Shown: positions 16,458-24,873 of the stretch, piece by piece
Position numbering within the stretch: position 1 is the stretch's first letter
How the letters are laid out: the number at the start of each line of letters is the position of its first letter
NCBI GenBank assembly: GCA_030655095.1
Contig: JAURWF010000032.1
Location: 1 to 48,776 of the forward strand
Length of the DNA: 48,776 nt
Source: a bacterium
GTDB taxonomy: Bacteria; Patescibacteriota; Patescibacteriia; Patescibacteriales; GWC2-42-12
Direction of reading: 5' to 3'
Translations under genes and position numbers: made by a program
Notes under the pieces: model-generated
Databases searched by the model: none
What the model saw: only the letters and a program-made list of their open reading frames with translations
Told to the model about the DNA's origin: nothing

Positions 16458-16826
16458 ATGTCCACTAAAAAAGTGTCTGACAAAAAAATAGAAACAAAGG
16501 AACAGCCAAAAAAATCAGAGAATGACAATCTTGCTGATATTACAAAAAATAAAAATATCGCTGCTATATCATATATTTGGATTCTTTGTTTAGTTCCACT
16601 TTTAGGCAATCGCAATTCAAAGTTCGCTCAATTCCATGCCAAACAAGGATTGGTTTTATTTATTATAGAAATTATCGCAGGTATTTTAATTTGGGTTCCA
16701 CTTTTTGGTCAACTTCTTGCATTAGCACTACTAGTAATTTCAGTAATGGGCATTATTAAAGCTCAAAATGGCGAATGGTGGAAAATTCCTTATATTTATG
16801 AATGGAGTAAAAAAATAAAAATTTAA
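16458..16826 (+). CDS. DUF4870-like small membrane protein
   Basis: 122 aa. IAAISYIWILCLVPLL...FAQFHAKQGLVLFIIE pattern. 3 TM helices. Confidence 0.65.
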   Translation: MSTKKVSDKKIETKEQPKKSENDNLADITKNKNIAAISYIWILCLVPLLGNRNSKFAQFHAKQGLVLFIIEIIAGILIWVPLFGQLLALALLVISVMGIIKAQNGEWWKIPYIYEWSKKIKI

Positions 16827-16859
16827 TTTAATAATGAAATAAAAAATAATAATAAAATT

Positions 16860-19223
16860 ATGACTTTTGTAAAATTTTTTGATCAGATAACTATTAAAGA
16901 CGTGCCACAAGTTGGTGGCAAAAATGCTTCTTTGGGAGAAATGTATTGCAAACTAACAAAAACTGGTGTTCGCGTACCCAATGGATTTGCAACAACAGCA
17001 GAAGCTTATAATTCTTTTTTAACAACAACTGATCTTAAAGAAAAAATCAAAGAAATTCTTGACGGACTAGACACTCATAATGTTATTGATTTGGCTAAAC
17101 GTGGCGATGTCATCCGTAAATTAATAATTGCCACACCATTTCCTCTACAATTTGAAACGGCCATAATTGATGCTTATAAAAAATTATCTCAATTTTATCA
17201 TTCCAAAGATTTGCATGTAGCTGTTCGTTCAAGTGCTACTGCTGAAGATTTACCTAACGCCTCTTTCGCAGGTCAGCAAGATACATATTTAAATATTTCT
17301 GGCAAAACTGAACTTTTACTCGCTGTCAAAAAATGTATTGCTTCCTTATTTACTAATCGTGCTATTTCTTATCGCGTTGATAAAGGATTTGACTATTCTA
17401 AAATTTCATTATCAGTCGGAGTGCAAAAAATGATCCGCTCTGACATCGCCTCTTCTGGGGTAATGTTCACTATTGATACTGAAAGTGGTTTTACTAATGC
17501 CGTTTTAATAAACTCAATCTTTGGATTAGGCGAAAACATTGTCCAAGGCAAAGTCAATCCAGATGAATTCTATGTTTTTAAGCCAACTCGCGCTATTATC
17601 TCCCGCTCTTTAAGCAGAAAAAAAATTAAAATGATTTACAGTTCTAATCCTAAACAACCAGTTCGCGATGTTCCTGTAGCAATAAACGAGCAAACTAAAC
17701 AATCAATTAGCGACCAGCAGGTACTTGAATTAGCTGATTGGGGCATATTAATTGAAAAACATTACAATAGACCAATGGATATTGAATGGGCGCTGGATGG
17801 TACAGATAATCAACTTTATATCATTCAAGCTCGTCCAGAAACTATTCACTCAGTTCGCAACTATAGCGTTATTGAAGAATATGTTTTAGAAAAAAAAGGT
17901 GCAATTATTACTAGCGGTCGTAGTGTTGGAAGCAGAATTGGCGCAGGAGCTGCTAATAGAATTATGAGCATAAAAGATATTAGCAAATTCAAACAAGGTG
18001 AAATTTTAGTAACAGATATGACAGATCCTGACTGGGAGCCAATTATGAAAATCGCTTCGGCAATTGTTACTGACAAAGGCGGTCGCACCTGCCATGCAGC
18101 TATTATTTCTCGCGAACTAGGAATTCCCTGTTTAGTCGGCACTAACGATGCTAGTAAAAAAATTATTACTGGACAAGAAATAACAATAAGTTGCGCTGAA
18201 GGTGATACTGGTTTTGTTTATCAAGATAAATTATTATTTAAAATAAACAAAACTAATATTAAAAATCTGCAACGTCCAAAAACTAAAATAATGATGAACA
18301 TTGGCTCACCTGAAATCGCTTTTGCTTCTTCTTTTATTCCCAACGACGGTGTTGGTTTAGCTCGCGAAGAATTTATTATTAATGACTCTATTAAAATTCA
18401 TCCGTTAGCTTTAATAAATTATGCTAAATTAAAAGATACAAAAGTCAAAAAGCAAATTGATGAATTAACAAATGGTTATGCTGATAAAAAACAATTTTAT
18501 GTTGACAAATTAGCTGAAGGTATGGCTACTATTGCTTCTGCCTTTTATCCTAAAGATGTTATTATCAGATTTTCTGATTTTAAAACCAACGAATATGCCA
18601 ACTTAATCGGTGGCGCTGAATACGAACCTGTTGAAGGCAATCCGATGATTGGATGGAGAGGTGCCTCTCGCTATTATGATGAAAAATTTAAACCAGCATT
18701 TGTTTTAGAATGTTTAGCTCTTAAAAAAGTCCGCGAAGAAATGAAGCTTACAAACTTAAAAGCAATGGTTCCTTTTTGTCGCACGATTGAAGAAGCTAAA
18801 AAAGTTATTAAAATTATTGCTGAAAATGGCTTAAAGCAAGGCAAAAATAATTTTGAGCTTTATTGTATGATAGAAATACCTTCTAATGTTATTTTAGCTG
18901 AAGAATTTGCTAAATTATTTGACGGTTTTTCAATTGGTTCTAACGATTTGACTCAATTAACTTTAGGAGTAGATCGCGATAGCTCATTAGTTAGCCATAT
19001 TTATGATGAAAATAATCAAGCAGTTAAAACTTTAATCAAACAAATAATTCAAGTTGCCAAAAAAAATAAAGTTAAGATCGGCATCTGCGGTCAAGCACCA
19101 AGCGATTTTCCAGACTTTGCTAAATTTTTAGCTACCTGCAAAATTGACAGCATTTCTCTAAATCCAGACACAGTAATTAAAACAACTTTAGCAATTTTAC
19201 AAACAGAAAAAAATATAAAATAA
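16860..19223 (+). CDS. ppsA: Phosphoenolpyruvate synthase (pyruvate, water dikinase)
   Basis: 787 aa. GGKNASLGEM N-terminus. Phosphohistidine loop TDKGGRTCHAAIISRELGIPCLVG. C-terminal PEP-utilising TIM-barrel motifs (GSNDLTQL). Confidence 0.93.
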   Translation: MTFVKFFDQITIKDVPQVGGKNASLGEMYCKLTKTGVRVPNGFATTAEAYNSFLTTTDLKEKIKEILDGLDTHNVIDLAKRGDVIRKLIIATPFPLQFETAIIDAYKKLSQFYHSKDLHVAVRSSATAEDLPNASFAGQQDTYLNISGKTELLLAVKKCIASLFTNRAISYRVDKGFDYSKISLSVGVQKMIRSDIASSGVMFTIDTESGFTNAVLINSIFGLGENIVQGKVNPDEFYVFKPTRAIISRSLSRKKIKMIYSSNPKQPVRDVPVAINEQTKQSISDQQVLELADWGILIEKHYNRPMDIEWALDGTDNQLYIIQARPETIHSVRNYSVIEEYVLEKKGAIITSGRSVGSRIGAGAANRIMSIKDISKFKQGEILVTDMTDPDWEPIMKIASAIVTDKGGRTCHAAIISRELGIPCLVGTNDASKKIITGQEITISCAEGDTGFVYQDKLLFKINKTNIKNLQRPKTKIMMNIGSPEIAFASSFIPNDGVGLAREEFIINDSIKIHPLALINYAKLKDTKVKKQIDELTNGYADKKQFYVDKLAEGMATIASAFYPKDVIIRFSDFKTNEYANLIGGAEYEPVEGNPMIGWRGASRYYDEKFKPAFVLECLALKKVREEMKLTNLKAMVPFCRTIEEAKKVIKIIAENGLKQGKNNFELYCMIEIPSNVILAEEFAKLFDGFSIGSNDLTQLTLGVDRDSSLVSHIYDENNQAVKTLIKQIIQVAKKNKVKIGICGQAPSDFPDFAKFLATCKIDSISLNPDTVIKTTLAILQTEKNIK

Positions 19224-19246
19224 ATAATAAAATAATTAATAAAATT

Positions 19247-19468
19247 ATGAAAGAACAATTAATAACAACTCCTCAACAACCTAAAAGAAGAACACTTTTA
19301 GAATTAGAATCAATAATTAGTGATAGGGACAATTATATAGAAAAGCATTCCGAAGAAAAATATGCTGCAGCTTTTAATGAACTTGTGAGACGAAAAAGCA
19401 CAAAAGAGAGAAATGGGAAGGAATATGTTGCAAATCTTTTAAAAAACAGAGAAATGTATTCAGAATAA
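19247..19468 (+). CDS. Hypothetical 73-aa charged protein
   Basis: ORF only; no recognisable motif. Confidence 0.4.
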   Translation: MKEQLITTPQQPKRRTLLELESIISDRDNYIEKHSEEKYAAAFNELVRRKSTKERNGKEYVANLLKNREMYSE

Positions 19469-19483
19469 TTATTTAAATATTAT

Positions 19484-20632
19484 TTGAATACAAAAATGGT
19501 ATTTACTACTAATAAAAAATATTTATTTTTCTCTTTATTTTTATTCTTATTTTTCTCTTTCTATTCTCCATTAAAAGTTAACGCTCAAGAAAAAATAAAA
19601 GATATAGGATTTTTGACCAAAAATATTTGGTATTCAAAAACGCCTTTTTTTGATGGCGATCCAATAAGAATTTATACAATTGTTAATAATAGTACTAAAG
19701 AAGATGTAATTGGAAAAATAACATTTTATAATAATAAAAAAATAATCGGTACTAATGATTTTTCAATAATTGGCGGTGGTCCAGGAGCAATAGTTTGGAT
19801 AGATTGGCAAGCTACTTCAGGGGAACATTTTATTTTAGCCGAAATTAATAATGCAAAAATTGCTAAAAAAGATGGGACTTTTGTTAATATAACTTTAGAA
19901 AATTCCAATTCTTCTGTTGACTCTCTTGATATTGATATTGACACTGATAAAGACGGAATTGGAAATAAAGAAGATGAAGATGATGATAATGATGGATTAT
20001 CAGACATAGAAGAAATAGCGCTAGGTTTAGACCCACTAAATCCAGATAGTGATCATGACAAAGTAAAAGACTCTATTGACGCAGATCCAAAAGATCCTAA
20101 TATTTCCAAAAAAACGCCTATCTTAAAATTAGACACGCTAAAACCTAATGTCTTAGAATCAGATACTAAAAAAGATGAAATAAAAAATTCTGTTAATACT
20201 TCTCCTGAAGATTCAAATATTTCTAAAGAAGAATCTTCTGCATATGAATCCTCTGGTTTTGCTTCAATCATTAAAAAATCTCAAGAAGAAATAACTTCAT
20301 TAATTAAAAAAACTACTCAAAAAATTGATTTATTTTTTGAAGAAAAAGAAGAAAACTTAAAATTAAAAGCAGAAGAAAAAAAAGAAATTCCAGAAATAAA
20401 AAAAACTAAAGAAATAAAAAAAAGAATTTTTTCTTTTGAAAAAGAAAAAAGAGAAGATGGAATTTCTCAACTTAAAAAACTAATAGAAGAAAAAAAAGAG
20501 AAAAAAGAAATTGCTGAATGGATATTTTTTGATTTTTTAATCTTTCTTTTAGAAAAAAGAAAGATTGTCTTTTATATTAGCTTAGTTTTGCTATTTTTAT
20601 TTTTATTAAAACACATTAAACGACGTAAATAA
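19484..20632 (+). CDS. Secreted, C-terminally anchored protein with Asp-rich (TSP3-like) repeats and a Lys/Glu-rich stalk
   Basis: The track start is TTG; ATG at 19496 (MVFTTNKK) is more likely. Signal peptide ...SPLKVNAQE. DIDTDKDGIGNKEDEDDDNDGLSDIEE..DPLNPDSDHD. C-terminal TM IVFYISLVLLFLFLL. Confidence 0.7.
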   Translation: MNTKMVFTTNKKYLFFSLFLFLFFSFYSPLKVNAQEKIKDIGFLTKNIWYSKTPFFDGDPIRIYTIVNNSTKEDVIGKITFYNNKKIIGTNDFSIIGGGPGAIVWIDWQATSGEHFILAEINNAKIAKKDGTFVNITLENSNSSVDSLDIDIDTDKDGIGNKEDEDDDNDGLSDIEEIALGLDPLNPDSDHDKVKDSIDADPKDPNISKKTPILKLDTLKPNVLESDTKKDEIKNSVNTSPEDSNISKEESSAYESSGFASIIKKSQEEITSLIKKTTQKIDLFFEEKEENLKLKAEEKKEIPEIKKTKEIKKRIFSFEKEKREDGISQLKKLIEEKKEKKEIAEWIFFDFLIFLLEKRKIVFYISLVLLFLFLLKHIKRRK

Positions 20633-20654
20633 ATTATTAAATAAATTGTCTATT

Positions 20655-20849
20655 GCATTATTTTTTAGCATATGTTAAAGTGCTAGCATAATTTAATATG
20701 TTAAAAATAAACCTTTTCCATACTCCGAATTTTCGGAAGTAGCAACACTAAACACGTCGCTAAAGGTATTCTCGTTTCCCAGAACTAGCTTATTAATAGC
20801 TATTAGAGAATATCTGGGATTTTTTTATTTAGGTTAATAAAATAATATT
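20655..20849 (+). promoter_or_regulatory. Possible promoter plus structured leader upstream of rpsF-ssb-rpsR
   Basis: ttgcat-17 nt-taaagt. Hairpins ctccgaa-ttt-tcggaag and cccaga...tctggg followed by attttttt. Confidence 0.3.
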
Positions 20850-21353
20850 ATGTCTAAAGTAAAATCATCAGCAATTCCTCATTATGAAATCCTTTATATA
20901 GTCGCTAATAAATATAGCGAGGATGAAGCTAAATTAATTGAAAAAAAAATAAACAAAGTTCTTATTGATAGAGGTGGTAAAATTACCTTCAATCAAGCAT
21001 GGGGCAAAAAACGTTTAATTTATCCAATCAAAAGCTTTACTTATGGTTATTATTTTTTAGCAGAGTTTGATTTAGCTGGTTCATTATTGGCGCAAGTTGA
21101 TAAAGACTTACGAATGATGAGCGATGTCCTAAGACATCAAATTGTTGTTAAAAAAATTAAAACAGCAGAAAGAATTGCTAAAGATAAAAAAATTGCAGAT
21201 AAAATTGCAGCAAGAGGCTTAAAAGAAGAAAAAACCATAGAAGATCAAAAAAAAGTTAAAGAAGAAACCAAAGAAAAGATCAAAACTGAAGTTAACTTAA
21301 AAGAACTTGACGAAAAATTAGACAAAATTTTAGAAACAAGCGATTTATTATAA
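20850..21353 (+). CDS. rpsF: 30S ribosomal protein S6 with ~70-aa Lys/Glu-rich C-terminal extension
   Basis: HYEILYIV...WGKKRLIYPIK...GYYFL core. Sits in the conserved order rpsF-ssb-rpsR. Confidence 0.9.
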   Translation: MSKVKSSAIPHYEILYIVANKYSEDEAKLIEKKINKVLIDRGGKITFNQAWGKKRLIYPIKSFTYGYYFLAEFDLAGSLLAQVDKDLRMMSDVLRHQIVVKKIKTAERIAKDKKIADKIAARGLKEEKTIEDQKKVKEETKEKIKTEVNLKELDEKLDKILETSDLL

Positions 21354-21380
21354 TTTTTTTTAATAACTAAAATTAATCTT

Positions 21381-21848
21381 ATGAATCTAAACAAAGCCCA
21401 AATTATTGGCAATTTAGTAAGAGACCCTGAAATTAAAAGTACTGCAACTGGTAAATCAGTTACTTCTTTTTCTATAGCTACTAGCTTTATATGGACAGAT
21501 CAGTCTGGACAAAAACAAGAAAAAACTGAATTTCATAATATTGTCGCATGGGGAAAATTAGCAGAAATTTGTGGACAGTATTTGAAAAAGGGTTCAAAAA
21601 TTTATTTAGAAGGTCGCTTACAAACTAGAGATTGGACTGGTCAAGACGGAATTAAAAGATATCGCACAGAAATTGTTGCTGAAAATATGATTATGCTAGA
21701 CAGCAGAATGAATAATGGCAATCAAGCAATTCCTAACAAACAACCAATCGCACCAAGCGAACCTATAATTGACATTGACGAACCAATTGAAAATGCTGGA
21801 GTCAATCCTACAGAAGAAGAAATTAGAGTAGAAAATATTCCTTTTTAA
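21381..21848 (+). CDS. ssb: Single-stranded DNA-binding protein
   Basis: MNLNKAQIIGNLVRDPE...FHNIVAWGKLAEICGQYLKKGSKIYLEGRLQTRDW. C-terminal acidic tip ending IPF. Confidence 0.93.
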   Translation: MNLNKAQIIGNLVRDPEIKSTATGKSVTSFSIATSFIWTDQSGQKQEKTEFHNIVAWGKLAEICGQYLKKGSKIYLEGRLQTRDWTGQDGIKRYRTEIVAENMIMLDSRMNNGNQAIPNKQPIAPSEPIIDIDEPIENAGVNPTEEEIRVENIPF

Positions 21849-21886
21849 TAAATACGTTTTAAATAAATAACTTTAGTTATACCAAC

Positions 21887-22108
21887 ATGGAAAATGCAAT
21901 AAAAAAAGCAAAACAATGTTATCTTTGTTTAAATAATATTAATGATCTTGATTACAAAGATACTCAACTTTTACGTCGTTTTATCAATTCTTACGGCAAA
22001 ATTTTATCAAAAAAACGAACAGGAGTTTGTACTACTCATCAACGCAAATTAGCGTTAGCTGTCAAACGAGCTAGAATTATGGCTTTATTGCCCTTTACTG
22101 GTAAATAA
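21887..22108 (+). CDS. rpsR: 30S ribosomal protein S18
   Basis: DYKDTQLLRRFINSYGKILSKKRTGVCTTHQRKLALAVKRARIMALLPF. Confidence 0.93.
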   Translation: MENAIKKAKQCYLCLNNINDLDYKDTQLLRRFINSYGKILSKKRTGVCTTHQRKLALAVKRARIMALLPFTGK

Positions 22109-22119
22109 TAAACAACTTC

Positions 22120-22677
22120 ATGTTAAGTTTAAATGAAATTAAAATAGGTAAATTACTTGAAATTGCTAATGAGCCTTTTGTTGTTATTAAAGCTGACCAT
22201 CATAAAATGGGACGGGGTGGTGCTGTATTAAAAACAAAACTTAAAAATTTAATCAATGGCAATGTTATAGAAAAAACTTTTCAAGGCAATGACAAAGCTA
22301 ATGAAGCAGTTACGGAAACTAATAAAGCAAATTATTTATATAAAACTGACGCTGAAGCTTGTTTTATGAATAATGAAACTTATGAGCAATTTGGTCTGCC
22401 GATAGAACAAGTCGGCGATAAAATAAATTACCTAAAAGAAGGCACAGATGTTGATATATTTTATTTTCAAGGTTCTCCTGTAGCAATGAAATTACCGATT
22501 AAAATTGCTTTAAAAGTTACAAGCGCTCCACCAGGAGTTAAAGGTAATTCAGCTGGAAATGTTACTAAAATAATTGAATTAGAAACTGGCGTTCAAATTA
22601 ACGCACCAATGTTTATTAACGAAGGTGAAACAGTTATAGTAAATACTGACACAGGGGAATATGTAGAAAGAGCATAA
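22120..22677 (+). CDS. efp: Elongation factor P
   Basis: 185 aa. HHKMGRGGAVLKTKLKNL (KPGKG-loop equivalent)...VTSAPPGVKGNSAG...ETG..INAPMFI. Confidence 0.9.
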   Translation: MLSLNEIKIGKLLEIANEPFVVIKADHHKMGRGGAVLKTKLKNLINGNVIEKTFQGNDKANEAVTETNKANYLYKTDAEACFMNNETYEQFGLPIEQVGDKINYLKEGTDVDIFYFQGSPVAMKLPIKIALKVTSAPPGVKGNSAGNVTKIIELETGVQINAPMFINEGETVIVNTDTGEYVERA

Positions 22678-22744
22678 ATTAATTTTTAATTTATAAACAA
22701 TTTTCAATTTATAAATTTACTAAAAAACATTAGATCAAGAAAAT

Positions 22745-22789
22745 AAAAAAAGCCATCTTTGATTTTAATTTCTCAAAATGGCTTTTTTT
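22745..22789 (+). terminator. Hairpin plus T-run after efp
   Basis: aaaaaagccat ... atggctttttttt, with a ~22-nt loop. Confidence 0.45.
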
Positions 22790-22797
22790 ATTTTCAG

Positions 22798-22870
22798 TGC
22801 ACCGTGCAGGATTTGAACCTGCGACAATCTCCTTAAGAGGGAGCTGCTCTACCAACTGAGCTAACGGTGC
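22798..22870 (-). tRNA. tRNA-Lys (CTT), CCA not encoded
   Basis: Reverse complement is GCACCGT-TA-GCTCAGTTGGTAGAGC-A-GCTCC-CTCTTAA-GGAGA-TTGTC-GCAGG-TTCAAAT-CCTGC-ACGGTGC-A. Confidence 0.9.
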
Positions 22871-22883
22871 TTATATTTTTATA

Positions 22884-22959
22884 CCCGTAGGGGCGGGGAT
22901 TGCCCCCGCCCTATTACCTCTATTATTAAAATTTGGGCACCCGCAAGGGATGCCCCTAC
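22884..22959. repeat. Two GC-rich hairpins (family 4) between tRNA-Lys and tRNA-Met
   Basis: cccgtaggggcgggg-attg-cccccgccctat and gggcaccc-gcaa-gggatgcccctac. Confidence 0.8.
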
Positions 22960-22967
22960 AAATTTTG

Positions 22968-23041
22968 TAGCGACGAGTGGAATTGAACCACTGACCTTAG
23001 CGTTATGAGTGCTACGCTCTAACCAACTGAGCTACGTCGCC
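22968..23041 (-). tRNA. tRNA with CAT anticodon (elongator Met or lysidine-Ile2; not initiator-like)
   Basis: Reverse complement is GGCGACG-TA-GCTCAGTTGGTTAGAGC-G-TAGCA-CTCATAA-CGCTA-AGGTC-AGTGG-TTCAATT-CCACT-CGTCGCT-A. There is no GGG/CCC anticodon stem and positions 1:72 are paired (G-U). Confidence 0.85.
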
Positions 23042-23045
23042 GTGA

Positions 23046-23115
23046 CAATTATCAATTACGAATTATCAATTTATAATTTATAATTTATAATTTATAATTC
23101 GTAATTGATAATTGG
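23046..23115. repeat. Perfect 20-bp inverted repeat with a (tttataa)n centre, between tRNA-Met and tRNA-Arg
   Basis: caattatcaattacgaatta (23046-65) / taattcgtaattgataattg (23096-115). Confidence 0.85.
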
Positions 23116-23125
23116 TTTGAAATAG

Positions 23126-23197
23126 TGCCTTCGCCAGGATTCGAACCTGGATTACTTGGTTCGAAGCCAAGCGTGATATCCGTTTCACTACGAAGAC
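23126..23197 (-). tRNA. tRNA-Arg (TCG), CCA not encoded
   Basis: Reverse complement is GTCTTCG-TA-GTGAAACGGATATCAC-G-CTTGG-CTTCGAA-CCAAG-TAAT-CCAGG-TTCGAAT-CCTGG-CGAAGGC-A. Confidence 0.85.
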
Positions 23198-23347
23198 ATA
23201 TTGGATTTGTCGCCAAATGCCGTATTTTGTATAAAATTTTATTGTAAAATACAAAATTTAATAAAAACCAATAAAACACAGACAAATAAAAATGCTGAGT
23301 TCTTTTTGATAATAGCACCTGATTTAAATTTTATCAAGCCAAAACTA

Positions 23348-23457
23348 TGTCATTGCGAGAAGCCTGTAATCAGGCGACGAAGCAATCTCTGATTAAGAGA
23401 CACTTTTGTAAATTTTACAGGAGATTGCTTCGTCTGATTACAAACCCGCAATAACAG
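23348..23457. repeat. Palindromic element, family 3
   Basis: tgtcattgcgagaagcctgtaatcaggcgacgaagcaatctctgattaagagac ... ggagattgcttcgtctgattacaaacccgcaataacag. Confidence 0.8.
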
Positions 23458-23493
23458 ATTTTTGAAGTTGTAATACAAAATACAAAACACGCC

Positions 23494-24234
23494 CTATCCA
23501 TTAGCAACTACCAACCCCCAAACTTTGCTAGCACCGTGATGTTTTAAAATCTTTGCACACTCGTTTAAAGTCGCCCCTGTAGTAACTACATCGTCAACTA
23601 AAATAATCTGACGCCCTTCTAAATTATTTGCACACCAACTAAAGCAACCTTTGATATTATTTTCCCTTTGCATTTTATTTAATTTTACTTGCGGTTTAGT
23701 ATGCTTATTTCTAATTAACTCATTAACACTCAATTCTAAATTAAAATGATCTGCCACCAAACGAGCTAAAATTTCTGCTTGATTAAAGCCTCTCCACCGC
23801 CTACGATAAGCTGACAAAGGAACCGGCATAATTAAACATTCTTGAAAATTAAATTTTTGTCCTTTTTTATTAAGAAAATCATTTAAAAATAAAATTAAAA
23901 TTTTACCTAAATCTTGATACAACTCTCTAATAAAATAATATTTAAAACTTTTAATTAATTTACTAATAATTTTTTGCTCATAATAACCAGCAATAAGCAC
24001 ACCGTCCAAATCATAATTTAAAACGCAACTTGGACAAAATTGAGCAAAACTAGTTTTTTGTTTACAAGCCAAACAGGAATGTTCTGATCTTAATTTTATA
24101 TTACTAAAACATTTTTGACACAACCATGTCCCTTCACGACCACAACCCAAGCATTCCTTAGGAAAAATTAAATCTAAAAAAAATACCCAAATTTCATTGG
24201 CATTTTTAATTAATTTACTAAAAGAAAATAACAT
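23494..24234 (-). CDS. comFC: ComF-family protein (double zinc ribbon + phosphoribosyltransferase domain)
   Basis: 246 aa. CLGCG...CQKC, CLACK...CPSC. RRRWRGFNQAE. PRTase loop ILVDDVVTTGATL. Confidence 0.85.
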   Translation of the reverse strand: MLFSFSKLIKNANEIWVFFLDLIFPKECLGCGREGTWLCQKCFSNIKLRSEHSCLACKQKTSFAQFCPSCVLNYDLDGVLIAGYYEQKIISKLIKSFKYYFIRELYQDLGKILILFLNDFLNKKGQKFNFQECLIMPVPLSAYRRRWRGFNQAEILARLVADHFNLELSVNELIRNKHTKPQVKLNKMQRENNIKGCFSWCANNLEGRQIILVDDVVTTGATLNECAKILKHHGASKVWGLVVANG

Positions 24235-24846
24235 TTATTTCTCCTGCCAAATTGCGCTATCAATCTTCCAAGCACCTTTCTCGCGAATAAACTTAATTAT
24301 TATATTTTGATAAAAAGTGCTAGCATTAATTGTTGTGCCAATCGCTTCTTTTCTCTGATTTTTAATTAAAATTTCTGCTTGACCAGATTCACTATCAAAT
24401 TGCTTAACCTCAGTAGTAATAGCTTTTGTTGTGATGCCATAATAAATAGCTGTTTGTTGATTACTCGCTTGCGCTTGACTAATATAATTATCAGCCCAAG
24501 TTTGCATTTTAGAACTCATAAATAATTTTAAATCACGTATATTTCCATAATCCGACTGATTAGAAAAACTACCAAATCTCTCAGTAAAAGCTGAAGCAAT
24601 CCTTGCTAAATCGTCCTGATTAATTTCAGTCTTTTTTATTGGCGCCACTTTAATAGTCGTGCCTGTTGGAGGAACAGCGATTGTCTGCTCAATCGGTTTT
24701 TTTGGCTGATCTGAAATAACTGGCTCTTTTTCTACTGCTTCGGGTTGCTGAGAAGTAAATTTATATATAAAAATAACATAAACTATGCCAAAAATAAGGA
24801 TTAGTCCTGTTAGAATAATTATTATACCAACTGTTCTTCTACTCAT
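24235..24846 (-). CDS. N-terminally anchored protein with an alpha+beta C-terminal domain (possible VirB8/TcpC-like NTF2 fold)
   Basis: 203 aa. TM VGIIIILTGLILIFGIVYVIFIY. Its stop abuts the comFC start (24235/24234). The fold guess rests only on position and sequence pattern. Confidence 0.55.
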   Translation of the reverse strand: MSRRTVGIIIILTGLILIFGIVYVIFIYKFTSQQPEAVEKEPVISDQPKKPIEQTIAVPPTGTTIKVAPIKKTEINQDDLARIASAFTERFGSFSNQSDYGNIRDLKLFMSSKMQTWADNYISQAQASNQQTAIYYGITTKAITTEVKQFDSESGQAEILIKNQRKEAIGTTINASTFYQNIIIKFIREKGAWKIDSAIWQEK

Positions 24847-24873
24847 AATAATAAATTTTTAAAATTTTTAATA

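Noticed and set aside
23085-23392. Two ORFs (77 aa minus strand, 63 aa plus strand)
   Set aside because: They overlap tRNA-Arg, AT-rich palindromes and the family 3 repeat. They have no coding signal.
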